Under the pieces are notes generated by a model. That model was given only the letters and a program-made list of their open reading frames with translations, ran no database searches and was not told where the DNA came from. Positions 1-13,598 of a stretch of DNA of 64,000 bases are shown piece by piece; the stretch's first letter is position 1; the number at the start of each line of letters is the position of its first letter. The position numbers were made by a program, and so were the translations under genes. Origin of the DNA: Octopus vulgaris (lineage: Eukaryota); NCBI GenBank assembly GCA_951406725.2, contig OX597830.1, positions 6,634,001 through 6,698,000 on the forward strand, read 5' to 3'.

Positions 1-62
<62 letters not shown>

Positions 63-209
63 CAAAAAGCAATAAAGATTCAAGTTAATTTAAATGAATT
101 TACTTGAATATGGTACCTAACTTAGATGCACCAAAAAAAACTATACTGATTTAACAATACAGTAATGTGGGGTGATTATAGCGAGAATGAAGCAACAAGA
201 ATGGATAGG

Positions 210-294
210 TTTTAGTACAATCGTTTCATACAAGGACAGGTTTATAGTTAGCAAATTACAGCATATAAACGTGTCCCGTACTCATCAGCTAAAA
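210..294 (-). ncRNA. Type I hammerhead ribozyme motif (minus-strand copy)
   Basis: Minus strand reads ttttag-CTGATGA-gtacgggaca...tgtccttgtat-GAAAC-gatt-GTA-ctaaaa. Stem I is ttttag/ctaaaa. Confidence 0.85.
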
Positions 295-402
295 TACATG
301 TGAGTTCTCTAGACATCCTAGTGGTTGAGGCTATACTACATTATCTACATTACTTCATGAGTATAGCCTCAACCACTAGGATGTCTAGAGAACTCACATG
401 TA

Positions 403-493
403 TTTTAGCTGATGAGTACGGGACACGTTTATATGCTGTAATTTTTGCAACTTTTAATAAAACCTGTCCTTGTATGAAACGATTGTACTAAAA
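403..493 (+). ncRNA. Type I hammerhead ribozyme motif
   Basis: Stem I 403-408/488-493; CTGATGA 409-415; stem II gtacgggaca/tgtccttgtat; GAAAC 476-480; GTA triplet 485-487. Confidence 0.85.
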
Positions 494-761
494 ACCTATC
501 CATTCTTGTTGCTTCATTCTCGCGTATATATATATATATATATAATCAATATGCAAACATATATTTTTGTATGTACACAGAAACACACACATGAACACAT
601 ACATATATATATAAATATATATATATATAATATGTATTACATATAATTATATATGGTTTACTGTTGTGTTAAGGCAAGGTAACAAAATAAATAAGAATTC
701 CATCCAGGGAAAGATAACTGTCATTTGATATACACAGTATAAATCTACAACCTACCCTTAA

Positions 762-889
762 TTCCTTGCATAGGAGAGGCGGGTCAAGGCAGGATCTTAT
801 AGCATACCTCGTGGCTCAAGGCGTGAGGATTGTTTGGAGATAAAGCATGTTATAAAACCTGCCCTAACACGCGTCTCCAATGCAAGAAA
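762..889. repeat. Imperfect ~43 bp inverted repeat (hairpin)
   Basis: ttccttgcataggagaggcgggtcaaggcaggatcttatagcat (762-805) pairs with atgttataaaacctgccctaacacgcgtctccaatgcaagaaa (847-889). Confidence 0.65.
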
Positions 890-933
890 CTCTAAGAAGT
901 TCGTATCTTTAAACTGTCAACATGTCAACATTG

Positions 934-982
<49 letters not shown>

Positions 983-1510
983 TACAGACACATATATATA
1001 TATGTATGTTTATATATATATATATAAGTACACATATATGTGTGTGCATATGCATATAGGTACATATTCAACTCGGTCACATATTTCTACTGTAACAGTT
1101 TTGCTTTTCTGTCACTCCCTCACGTTTTCTCATTACCTTCCCCTCCCTTTCTTTTTCTCTCTCTCTCTCTTTCTTCATCTCTCTCTCTCTCTCTCTATCA
1201 CCTTATCTCTCTCAGTTGTTCAATAGTGTTTAGCAATTACAAAACATTACAGATACCCTAACGATGGTTTTTCAAACAGCAGCAGCAGCAGCAGTGGCTA
1301 CTAGTTCTACGCAGACAGAGTGTCTGGACATCGATTTAAGTTACAGAGGCACCATGTCCCCAGTATATGGGGCGGGGAGCAGACGTGAAAACGAGAAAGA
1401 CTCTAAATGTAGTGTCTGGGCATCTATTACAAATACAATATAGATTTTCTTTGAATACATCACTACCTACATACATATTTATATAAACACGCATGCTTGC
1501 ATGCATGCAT

Positions 1511-1586
<76 letters not shown>

Positions 1587-1949
1587 GTACATGATATATG
1601 ATATAAACATATAAACATAAGTATATATCTATGCATGCATGCATATGTGTATATACATACATACACAAACATATATATATATAAACATACATATACACGT
1701 GGAATTATATGTGTGTGTATGTGTGTGTGTGTGTATGTGAGTGTGTGCGGGTATGTTTATGTTCCGATAATCTGAAAGTAAGGAAACGACATTGTACGTT
1801 TGTACCCATGTGTATATATGCTTATATGTGTGTGCATCTCTGTATTATGTGTGTGTGTCTGTGTGTGTGCGCATGTGTGTGAGTGTTGGTGTAAGCTAAT
1901 ATCTGCATATTATTGTCTGTGAGTAAGAGACATTGCAGATATACATACA

Positions 1950-2069
<120 letters not shown>

Positions 2070-2689
2070 CACACACATGTGTGTGTATGCAGGTAGAGCC
2101 AGAGACAGAGAATTTTTCGTCTGATCGGCCTATGAATTCCAGCTTACACCGGCGTCACAATTCTCCAGATTATCTACTTAGAAATTCTATGATGTTACAT
2201 AATTGGAAAAATCATTTTATCATGGGCAATTAATAATATTTAAAACCTGTCACTGTGGCTCCACAAATATGTATACATGTGTCTATCTGAGCATGTGTGT
2301 ATACAGATATACACGCAGTATATATACACACATATATATGATATAAACTTATATACATGTATGTATTTATATATATATATATATATATATTTATATGTAT
2401 ATATCATATATATCAATATATCATTTATATGTATGTATATATATATATATATATATATATTTCTGTTAATATAAAACATAAATATGGCGCATTCATTTCA
2501 GGACAATTTTGCTCCGAGTTGAGCTGTCTCGAAGATAAATCCCCTCGCTCTTGACGACCATGTTCACCTCTGAGGCAGAGATATTGGTGTTCGCTTGTGT
2601 TCATTTAAACATGCACATAGACATGCACCCTTACATACATGCATGCACACATACGCTCATATATATATGTATACACACACAAATGATAG

Positions 2690-2881
2690 ACCGTAGCTCC
2701 TACACGCATTTTTTTTCTCTCCTTGTTTCTCTCCGTGTTTCTTTTCTGTGTATCTTTCTGTTGACGAGCGTAGGCTCGAAACGTAAAAGACTTGTTTTAT
2801 TTCTATTCCTGAGCGCCATACATTTGTTTGCTTGTACTCCACCTGCCTTCGTCTTTTGTTTATTTTCGTAAACCTTCCTGT
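2690..2881 (+). mobile_element. Short hammerhead-bearing repeat (Penelope-like pLTR fragment) ending in (TA)n
   Basis: Contains the motif at 2753-2790. Its 3' part resembles the minus strand of 49990-50075, and the 3' end abuts (TA)n. Confidence 0.6.
2753..2790 (+). ncRNA. Minimal hammerhead-like motif with A6U core variant
   Basis: tcttt-CTGTTGA-c-gagc-gtag-gctc-GAAAC-GTA-aaaga. Stem I is 5 bp, stem II is 4 bp, and palindromic ACGT replaces stem III. Confidence 0.65.
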
Positions 2882-2913
<32 letters not shown>

Positions 2914-2914
2914 A

Positions 2915-3236
2915 TTTAGAGGATTGACCACTAAAATGGGCAGCCTGTATGCTAGATATAGACGTCAAAATCGCCATTTTCCACGGAGAACGACAGATTA
3001 TGCTGATGGTCTTGCAGATGTTTATGTATTCATATACATAATTTATTAACAAGTAAAACTAATTAGTATATAGGTAATCGTTTTTTATTTCGTATATTTT
3101 CATTTGCCTTGCTAACTTTTGCGTTTTGATTTTTTGCTGAATTTTTTCTTAAGAACACATTCTCCGTGGAAAATGGCGATTTTGACGTCTATATCTAGCA
3201 TACAGTCTTTCCACTTTTAGTGGTCAATCCTCTAAA
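2915..3236. mobile_element. MITE-like element with ~76 bp terminal inverted repeats
   Basis: 2915-2990 is the near-perfect reverse complement of 3160-3236, and the AT-rich interior is non-coding. Confidence 0.75.
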
Positions 3237-3488
3237 GTTTGTATGTAAAAAAAAATTTTAATCTTCGGATTTTTTAAATATGCTAGGCCACTGGTTTTAA
3301 TCGATTAATATCAATTTCTACCCGTATTTAAATTTATATATATATATATAAACAGCCATGTGCAATGTGTTACCAAAAGGGAAAAGTGTAAATGTCACTA
3401 AATGCAAATAAGTATATGTAAACACCTACATCGCTCGAAAGAAGGGCTAAAATGCTCTCATACTGTAGTTACATACATACACACACAC

Positions 3489-3614
<126 letters not shown>

Positions 3615-3632
3615 ATAAATGTATATATAGAG

Positions 3633-3668
<36 letters not shown>

Positions 3669-3790
3669 TTACGAACACATACGTATATATATATGCGCTT
3701 ATGAATTTGTGTTGCAAGGCTCCTGATATGAAATCGTGTGAAGAGCAGAATGGAGTAACAGGAGCAAGAGCACAAGCGAAAACAAAAAGT

Positions 3791-3832
3791 GTTGCTGAAG
3801 AGGTCACAGATGTGTGAGGAAAAATTTCCAAT
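3791..3832 (+). ncRNA. Degenerate minimal hammerhead-like motif
   Basis: gttg-CTGAAGA-ggtcacagatgtgtgag-GAAA-aatTTC-caat. Stem II resembles that at 40619-40663 but its closing pair is mismatched. Stem III is palindromic AAATTT. Confidence 0.4.
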
Positions 3833-3963
3833 TTCCAACCAATGGACATGAGTTAGAATAAGAACAATAATAAATGAGTGAAGAACGAATATACAAAGCA
3901 TGTGTTTATTTGGAGAAAAAACAAAAAAAAATGACGATCCCGAAATACAACACACACACACAC

Positions 3964-4032
<69 letters not shown>

Positions 4033-4053
4033 TATGTATATATATATATATAC

Positions 4054-4090
<37 letters not shown>

Positions 4091-4319
4091 GTTGTCTACA
4101 CCTTATGCAATGTTTCACCACCACCTGTACCTAACCCTTAGAACCATCATGGCATCTGATGTGGCTTTTTGAACCAGACAATATTTTGACAAGTCACCCA
4201 CATAGATTGCATATCCGATTTAGACCACCAAGAGCAGTAGTTAAGATCTGATCTTTGTGGATGTTAAGATATTAAGATCTACACAGATATATAGGCACAA
4301 TAGTTGGTGGAGGTTTGTT

Positions 4320-4620
4320 TTACATGTGTCCACAAATGAGATTTGATCCTAGCAAAATAAAGGCAGTGCCTATCACAAATTCTACACAGAAAAAGGTCAT
4401 TGTGATTCTCCTTCTCGATTTTAACATTCTTTCTTAGATCTCTTTTGAGTCTTGCATAGATTATTGTGGCCTCTTCAAATGCTTTCACTCCACTACACAC
4501 ATTTCTTCACCGCCCAGCTTGATCCGAAGAAAGAGTTTCTATGTCCTCTGGATCCAGTCCAAGGGACTTCATAATAGTCGTTATGCTGTCTTTAAATCTT
4601 TTGCTTAGTTTACACCGATA
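4320..4620 (-). mobile_element. RTE-like LINE 3' coding remnant with C-terminal C2H2 zinc finger
   Basis: Minus-strand translation KRFKDSITTIMKSLGLDP...GVKAFEEATIIYARLKR...CRICDRHC...IKSHLWTH has an internal stop and resembles RTE ORF ends. Confidence 0.65.
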
Positions 4621-4654
4621 GCATTTACACACACACACATACATATGTATAAGT

Positions 4655-4835
4655 TTTGTCTTTTTCTTTTGCCAGCCTTTGGACTGCTGCCATGCTGCAG
4701 CATCGCCTTGAATGGTGTGGCCAAACGAACAGACTCCAGTACTTTTTATATTAATAATGGAACTTAATCTATCGTTTCTTTTTGCCGAGCCACTGAGTTA
4801 TAACGACGTTCGAAAGGCAAAGTCTTTTGTGGAAA
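4655..4835 (-). mobile_element. tRNA-derived SINE family A, 3' fragment
   Basis: Reverse complement of the 3' half of 17229-17640 (gactgctgccatgctg...ttttgccgagccactgagtta). Confidence 0.6.
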
Positions 4836-4892
4836 CACACCCACACACCCATGGATATATATATGTGTGTACGTGTGTATGTATATATATGC

Positions 4893-4961
<69 letters not shown>

Positions 4962-4964
4962 TAC

Positions 4965-4995
<31 letters not shown>

Positions 4996-6218
4996 GGGTG
5001 AAGGGGGTGACAATATATTCCACTATACTTCAAGCCCTCTCTGTTACCTTTGCTTGCAGTCCAGAATTATGCTTGCCAGCTTTGCTAGATCCGGCTTTGG
5101 AATGACTTCAGAGACTTCCCCTCTCACAACATAAAACAAATCAGAAGTTTTAGCAGCTGAACCTCCAGCCAGCCATGGTCCAGTAATTCGTCCTCTTTGG
5201 GAATCAGATTGGTCGCACATTTAAACTTATTTAAATATGTCTGCAAAACGAAAGCTAAACAAAAAGAAAAATGAAAACAGGCAGCGTACATAACGCACGT
5301 CAATTGTTCTATTGAAATGGATTTTCTAACCCAGGATTTGCATGTTGTTATTCGTAGCTTTTCGCATTTATGTGCTTTAAGATTAGATTCCCTAAAAGAA
5401 TTGTACATACACACGCACCCACACGCACACACAAGCTCACACAGACACACGTACATACACAAACACATACAAACACAGACACATACATGTATATATATAA
5501 TATAATATATATCATATATATCTTATCATATAAGATAGATAGATACATACATACATACATACATACATACATACATACATACATACACATAAACATACAT
5601 ACATATATATGTGAGGACGTGGTACATGTACACACACACATAAACAGATTTGAACAGTTTTGATCTTATATTAAAAGTTAAGTAAAAATAGTTAAGTAAA
5701 AATTGGTCTTTTCTTTATCAGGTCCACGCATCCATACATATACACATACATACCTATATACATATGCACACACACACACGTAAACACAGACATATCTATG
5801 TACAAGCACGCACATACACGAGGGCACATACACTCATTCACTCACACGGAGACACACACACAGACACATGCGAACACATACATCTACACACACACATATA
5901 TGTGTGTGTATGCATGTGTGTGTGCGTTTAGATGTGTTTATACAGGAAGACGAAAAGAATGTGCTGGAGCGTCAACTATGCGTGTAGTACAAACTTTATG
6001 TTTCTGTGTGACGTCGCCGTACTTGGCGAGGCTGTATCATTACAAGGCGAAACGAAGATTTATGCTGCTAATGGCCTTATGACCGTTGCCATGCCAAGCA
6101 GGTCTCACTTTTCAGGCTTGTGCTTTGTGCCAACTTCACTTAGAAAATAATAGCTGTTCTTCTGTCTACCTGGTTGTCTCTGGAAACTCACTGTTTCCTC
6201 TCTTTCTCAGTCTCTCTC

Positions 6219-6261
<43 letters not shown>

Positions 6262-6306
6262 AAAGAGTGAGGCACGCGCATACACACGTAAACACAAATA
6301 TTTTCC

Positions 6307-6369
<63 letters not shown>

Positions 6370-6608
6370 ATACCATCCGTTCGTGGCCGTTGCCAGCCTC
6401 GCCTGGCCTCCGTGCCGGTGGCACATAAAAAGCACCATCCAAGGTCCGTTTCCATGTTTGTTTTTACGTTTTCGTTTCTCGTTGAGTTCTACGTCTATTT
6501 GTGGTGTCCTGTACTCACGTATATATATTTATATATGCATGTATATATACATGTAGATGTAAATACGTACATATATGTATGTATGTATGTATATATATTA
6601 TATTTATT

Positions 6609-6655
<47 letters not shown>

Positions 6656-6675
6656 CATACATATATAATTATATT

Positions 6676-6850
<175 letters not shown>

Positions 6851-7534
6851 GGAGGCAGGTAAACTAATTGAGAAAGAAACGGGGAGAGAACGATATTAAT
6901 GAATCGAAACAAAGTATTTAATAATTCCGATTTAAGATATCTTTTTCTAAGATAATCTTGCTGTTGCACAGATGTACACAGTAAAGAAATACAACGAACA
7001 AAGATTTGCAGACACGTAATTTGCTCTACCTTGTTGAACATGCTGTAATATACTCTTTGTTATAATGATGTCCGGAAGTTGCGGCAGAGAAAAGCATGTA
7101 GTCATTGGATAAACAACCGGAAATGAAACCGTCTGTGCTGCAGCAACAAATAGGCAGAACCTTTTGGTAATCTTTCAAGAACGTCTGCTGACTGGCAGAG
7201 ACGTATTTGTTCTTGCATTAAGAGAGTCACAAGCCAAACACGAATATATTCAGACCTAACTGTTTAAGTGGTCCATAGTTCCTTCTATCAGAGAATCTTC
7301 CAGCAAGGTCCAGTCACAAAAATAATTATTGCAGTTGAAGCTTCCAGGAAAATCCTGAAAAATGGGTTGTCCCGCTCCATTTCACATATCAAAAAGAAAA
7401 ATGAAGAAAGAGGAAAAATACAAGCAACCAGTTTTCGCTGTTTCCGTGAGTTTGTTTTTGCGATTGCCAATAGACTCGACAGAATTTCTCTGACATACAG
7501 ACAATTCTACGCGCTCACCGCATTTCTATAATAA

Positions 7535-7741
7535 TGGTTGCAAAATTTGGCACAAAATTTCTGGGAGAGGTGACTAGTCGATTACATCGGTCCCAATGTT
7601 TCACTGGTACATAATTTATGGGCCCCTGAAAGGATGAAAGGCTAAGTCGACGTTTGTGGAATTTGAACTCAGAACGGAGCGACGGGCGAAATGCCGCTAA
7701 GCATTTCCCCAGCTTGCTGACGAATCTGCCAGCTCACTCCC

Positions 7742-7802
<61 letters not shown>

Positions 7803-7832
7803 TAACAACAATAATAATAATAATAAGAAGAA

Positions 7833-7863
<31 letters not shown>

Positions 7864-7866
7864 AAG

Positions 7867-7897
<31 letters not shown>

Positions 7898-8057
7898 TCT
7901 TCTACTAATGGCACAAGGCCTGAAATTTGTGGGGAGTGGGATAATCGATTCATCGACCCGAGTGTTTCACTGGTGCTTATTTTATCGACATTGCGATGGT
8001 TGTGAAAGGCAAAGTCGACCTCGGCGGAATCTCAACTGAGGGCGTAAGCGAAAGGCG

Positions 8058-8060
<3 letters not shown>
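7535..8060 (-). mobile_element. Two SINE family B copies separated by an (AAT)n/(AAG)n tract
   Basis: 7535-7738 and 7905-8060 match the reverse complement of 9190-9424 (gaaaggcaaagtcgacctcggcggaat...). Confidence 0.75.
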
Positions 8061-8107
<47 letters not shown>

Positions 8108-8658
8108 AACTACTACTACTACTACTACAACTAGTAGTAGTAGTAGTAGTAGTAGTAGTAATCATAATAATAATAATAATAATAATAGAAATGAATAAAC
8201 TATTAGAAAAAGACTGTAACACATGTAGGTCGTCCATCTTTAACGCAACAACCGTTAACATAGCTGTGATTGCATTAACTATTTCTTATCGCTTTCCAAT
8301 ATGATGCGAAGGAGAAAGGAAAAATAAAAAATAAAATATAGGACTACAGTGGGACTCGAACACCGTTTCTACCGATCTACTACACGTTTGTAGGAGAGAA
8401 GATATTTTATGCAATGCTGTTTTTGTGTTAAACTTAATATGTAAAAGTAAACGATTGCCAAAAATTCTCTAATACAGCTGGCCAAAGTTGTGAAACGTTC
8501 CAAGTTTTCTATTGGCAATCAACCAGTGTATTTATTATTGCAAGATTTTGCTGTGGGCAATAGTGACACCTTATCCATGATGTCCTTCAAATTGTAATTT
8601 CTATCGAGGGAAGAATATATATGATAGATGGCACGCTTCCAAATATGATAGTCATGGG

Positions 8659-8759
<101 letters not shown>

Positions 8760-9189
8760 TGTATGTATGTATGTATATGCTAAGAAAGAAACAAAAAAAA
8801 ACAGACAAACGTATTGATAATTATAAGCTCTAATTAGATGTTGCAGCATTAACAGGAACCTCAGATAAACACATAAGTAATTTCTTTAAAACTAATTAAA
8901 AAATATTTATTTATTCATCAATTTGTTTATTTATTGGTAATTTCATTAATTTTACGTTTATTAAACTATATTTTCTGAAAGTTTTTCTGGTGTAAGTGTA
9001 AATATAAGTTTAAAAATACGAGATATTGAAATATAGAGTGACAACATTGAAAGTTCAGTATAGTGCTTAGTAGGAATGAAAGGCAAGTAGAGGTGGGCAC
9101 AGTCGGAAATTTGAACGTAGAGGCGAGAGATATAGAGCAATGCATTGTGTCCGACGCTGAAATACCCTTTGGCATTATACGATATCCTC

Positions 9190-9585
9190 AAGGCGGCGAA
9201 CTGGCAGAAACGTTTGCACACCGGGCGAAATGCTTAGCGGTATTTCGTCTGCCGCTACGTTTTGAGTTCAAATTCCGTCGAGGTCGACTTTGCCTTTTAT
9301 CCTTTCGGGGTCGATTAAATAAGTACCATTTACGCACTGGGGTCGATATAATCGACTTAATGCTTTTGTCTGTCCTTGTTTGTCCTCTCTGTGTTTAGCC
9401 CCTTGTGGGTAGTAAAGAAATAGGGATTTTGTCTGCAGCTACGTTCTGAGTTCAAATTCCGCCGAGGTCGACTTTACCCTCCATCCTTTCAAAGTCGATA
9501 AAGTACCAGTTGCGCACTGGGAGGATCTAATCGACAGGTCCTCTCCCCCAAAATTGCAGGCCTTGTGCTTATAGTATAAAATATT
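9190..9585 (+). mobile_element. tRNA-derived SINE family B, dimeric copy
   Basis: Head ggcggcgaactggcagaaacg, B-box-like gagttcaaattcc and body gtcgactttgcc, followed by a second headless unit from ~9425. Confidence 0.8.
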
Positions 9586-9649
9586 ATTCAGCATCCTCAG
9601 CGATTAAGATACCAGTATGGGCGTTATCATCAAATCAGAGTTATAATTG

Positions 9650-9850
9650 GACTAATTACTGGTTAGGGTGTTGCTATCACGATACCAAGGTCGTGGTCTT
9701 GATTCAGGGGAAGAGTAACTGCGTTGTGTTCTTGAGAAAACCTCTTCCAGCTTAATTATAAATGAGTTTCACTGCGAGGGCCTGTCGTTCCGTTCAGGGG
9801 GAGTGTTGTGATCTTGGTAACGCATACATCATGGAAAACAAGTAACAGGG
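9650..9850 (+). mobile_element. Degenerate tRNA-derived SINE family C
   Basis: tRNA-like head followed by gcgttgtgttcttgag; related to 31545-31820 and 49600-49868. Confidence 0.45.
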
Positions 9851-9994
9851 ACCATAAGTCCAAGGCCTCGATATAGTTCTCTATTTTTAGTAACATCATA
9901 ACAGTACAGTTCGATATTTAAGAGATGAGAAATTATGTACATTATTTACATTATTTACATTTGACAGATATTTGTCCTCATCTTGTTTGTTGTT

Positions 9995-10040
9995 AACACA
10001 ACGTTTCGGCTGATATACCCTCCAGCCTTCATCAGGTGTC
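9995..10040 (-). ncRNA. Minimal type I hammerhead motif
   Basis: Minus strand reads gacac-CTGATGA-a-ggctg-gagggtatat-cagcc-GAAAC-GTT-gtgtt. Stem III is palindromic AACGTT. Confidence 0.8.
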
Positions 10041-10295
10041 TTGGGGAAATTTGAAACCTGGTTTCTCATTGCTAAGGTATTTTTCGATATTATTATTATT
10101 ATTGTTGTTGTTGTTGTTTGTTGTTGTTGTTGTTGTTGCTGCTGCTGCTGTTGTTATTATTGTTGCTATTATTCAGGGGTCAATGCCTTGAAACGAACTC
10201 GGAGTGTTGGGGTTTGTAGTCCGTGTGCATATGGCGTAGTCGTTAAGAGTGCAGGCAACTAACCCCAAGATTCCGAGTTAAATTCAAATCAATGA

Positions 10296-10398
<103 letters not shown>

Positions 10399-10496
10399 AA
10401 GAAGAAGAAGAAGAAGAACAACAACAACAACAACAACAACAGCAACATCGAAAAATACCTTAGGAATGTGAACACAGGTACTAAATTTCCCCCAAT

Positions 10497-10541
10497 ACAC
10501 CTGATGAAGGCTGGAGGGGATATCAGCCAAAACTTTGTCTT
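10497..10541 (+). ncRNA. Decayed hammerhead copy (GAAAC changed to AAAAC)
   Basis: acac-CTGATGA-aggctg...cagcc-AAAAC-TTT-gtctt is the inverted partner of 9995-10040. Confidence 0.55.
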
Positions 10542-11195
10542 AACAACAAACAAGATGAGGACAAATATCCATCAAATGTAAATAATGTAACATAATAACA
10601 AATTAATCTACTGCAAGTACTTGAACTCTTAACAGTAGTGTGTACTTATTTTCCAAAGTGTACTCTCGACTCATATGAGAATATTACTCACAACTTCATC
10701 GTCAGTCACGTGCGTACTTCAGACAAACTGTGAATCTATTTATGATGACCTACTTAAGCACCTTCTCGTCTACATATGAACAATTTCCAATTACTTGTGT
10801 CGATATTTTGGCAAAAACTCAAGCAGTTTACATAATTGTAACAGAGCTGCGTTTATGAGTACAAAATTTTTCAAAATCTCATCCCGAACTATGCTACGCC
10901 CAGTTTTACTAATTAAACGTTCATTCACCCCCCACTGAAAATCCGACCCTCATCCAAACGCCATTTCCCTGATTTATTTGCCTATTCTGTTATTATTATA
11001 CTAATCCTTGCTTTTCAATAAATGCAAGCTCTTTACCGCCAAATTTCATTTGTCCTATAGGTAGTCGTCCAAAATATGCGTGTGTAGCAAATCCTGCATC
11101 AAATTTAATCAGGTTCTTTCCTCAAACGGTTTTTCACCTACTGCAACTTACTCGATGCCTTTGCCTGCTCAGATATTGTGTATATATGCATGTAT

Positions 11196-11292
<97 letters not shown>

Positions 11293-11337
11293 TATATACA
11301 CACACACACATAAAAGTGTATATATAGATATGTATAT

Positions 11338-11442
<105 letters not shown>

Positions 11443-11901
11443 CAGACACAGAGAGTGAGATTTATAACTATTAATGAGTAGTATATGATAAAGATTCAGA
11501 GCATCGTACGGCTGTCACAGTAAGCTCCTCTTACGGACTCGGCTATCAACTCGTGTGGTAATCGATTACAAACTATTCAATGTGTATCAAAATCCAGAAA
11601 GCAACCAAGCGATAGAATTGCTCTGTGAGGAGCATATAAAAACATGCAATTAGGAGGATTGAGAGTTGATTGTATATTAATTTAATCACGTGAATTCCAT
11701 AGCTTATGTATATTTATACACATATACGAATTAGTGAACAAAAAAGAAAGAAAACATTTTTTGGGTGTTACACATATTATTAATAGTGGATTGACTCAGA
11801 TACACAAAACTTATAATGTCCGTAAGCGTGTAGGATATATCATTGGAACAGATGCTAGTATCTGTTATACTCACACACACATATATACATGTATATCAAT
11901 T

Positions 11902-11936
<35 letters not shown>

Positions 11937-12607
11937 TTGTGCATTTGTGTGTGTGTGTATATATATATCTATATACATATATACATATACATATACACGT
12001 ATATATACATATAAGTACATGTATATATACATATATATGTACACATATATATAAATACACACACACACACATATATATATGCATATATATATGTTCATAT
12101 ATATACATGTATAAGTAAATATATATACTCACACATATGTATATTATATAGGACAAAGAACTCAGAGTAGAGGAAAATGTAACAAAAAATAAGGTGGATG
12201 CAGGCACGCTCAACCCTTTGTCTGTTGTCGAGCGAGTATCATCTCCGTTGCGACTCCCTCCGCAGAGATTTCGATCTAATAGTATAATCAACATGTACGA
12301 TGCCAAAGTGTGAATTAATTAATGTCGCTGAATATATTCCTGCAAATTACAGACAAACGACACCAACATCGAATCTGTACTGCGTGAACCAAATATTAAA
12401 ACAACTGACGAGATTTTGACAGCAGAAGTAGCTACGAGATATGCAGTGGCCAACGGAGGACGAAATGTCTAAAAGGCATTTTATTTTAAAATTCTTTTTC
12501 AATTATTCCTACAAAACCTCCAAAACATTGATAGGAAAGATGAATACTTCAACATTTAGAACTACGCTAGATTCTATACATACATACTTATACATACATA
12601 TATACAT

Positions 12608-12691
<84 letters not shown>

Positions 12692-12694
<3 letters not shown>

Positions 12695-12841
12695 TAATCC
12701 AAACAAGAAAACAAAAAGACAACAACGCGAGGATGTGGAACAAATAAAGTATTATTGGACGCTCAGGAAAGAAGGGAAGAAGGAGGATATGACGTTTCGA
12801 GCGGAGCTCTTCGTCGGAAACATAGGAGAAAGAAAGATCCC

Positions 12842-12843
<2 letters not shown>
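12692..12843 (-). mobile_element. Hammerhead-bearing short repeat (family shared with 17747-17975 and 25871-25945), embedded in (TA)n
   Basis: Three copies share gttaatccaaacaagaaaac...gacgctcaggaaagaaggg. Minus strand at 12787-12823 reads CCGACGA-agagctccgctc-GAAAC-GTC. Confidence 0.7.
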
Positions 12844-12929
<86 letters not shown>

Positions 12930-12964
12930 GTATGTCTGTATGGATATATTTATATATATATTAT

Positions 12965-12999
<35 letters not shown>

Positions 13000-13155
13000 A
13001 TATAATAGTACTGCTTAATAGTCAGTTGTCGATTAAAAAAGGCGTGTGCATGACAACAAAAGAATGAATGAGGCCAAAAGAATGAATGAGGCCCAATATT
13101 ATGTAAATAGAAGAATTTATCTGTAATATAATATGTGACAATTATTTGGTTGCCA

Positions 13156-13218
13156 TAATAAAACTCCGAGTTTCGGATGTCAGGGCGGAAATCTGCTCCG
13201 GCATCTCGTCAGTTATTA
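13156..13218 (-). ncRNA. Type I hammerhead ribozyme motif with canonical core
   Basis: Minus strand reads taataa-CTGACGA-gatgccgg...ctgacatcc-GAAAC-tcgga-GTT-ttatta, with a 6 bp stem I. Confidence 0.8.
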
Positions 13219-13270
13219 AGACAATCAAAAACTGCCTCATATATACAATGTTAGATAATAGTGATCTGTG

Positions 13271-13440
13271 GTATTAACCTGGGTTTCACGTCCATAAAGC
13301 ATTTAGCTTTACGGTGAATCAGATCCCAAGCCTGTTTGCTTATAGCCTCTCTAGAGAAAAAGGCCACAAGACAATAGGTTTGGGATCTGATGATACGCCG
13401 TAAAACTAAGCGTTTATGGACGTGAAACCCAGGGTAATAC
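13271..13440. mobile_element. Short inverted repeat with hammerhead motifs in both arms
   Basis: ctgggtttcacgtccataaa pairs with tttatggacgtgaaacccag. Plus arm has CTGATGA 13387-13393, stem II acgccgtaaaac/gtttatggacgt, GAAAC 13424-13428 and GTA 13434-13436; stem I is weak. The left-arm core is damaged. Confidence 0.7.
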
Positions 13441-13536
13441 GGTTAACCGGCTTTATCTAACTTTATGCAGCTCTATAATTTAGAGTTTGCATGATTTTTG
13501 ACTTATGATTTACCGACGATATATATACACGCACAT

Positions 13537-13598
<62 letters not shown>

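Larger units (their letters stand above)
181..523. mobile_element. Near-perfect inverted repeat (arms 181-337 and 360-523) with a hammerhead motif in each arm; inverted Penelope-like pLTR
   Basis: gcgagaatgaagcaacaag...ctatact at 181-337 is the reverse complement of agtatagcc...cttcattctcgc at 360-523, apart from small differences in the ribozyme loop. The right end runs into (TA)n. Confidence 0.85.

Noticed and set aside
300-491. 63 aa ORF inside the palindrome
   Set aside because: No recognisable motif; explained by the inverted ribozyme repeat.
2915-3236. Possible hammerhead-bearing inverted repeat (also checked 28584-29246 and 60109-60815)
   Set aside because: No core plus GAAA-NUH arrangement found in the arms; kept as ordinary MITE-like elements.
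8470-8505. acagct-ggccaa-agttgt hairpin followed by GAAACGTT
   Set aside because: No CUGANGA-like core or stem I upstream.
13060-13095. 18 bp tandem duplication aaaagaatgaatgaggcc
   Set aside because: Two adjacent copies without spacers; simple slippage, not CRISPR-like.
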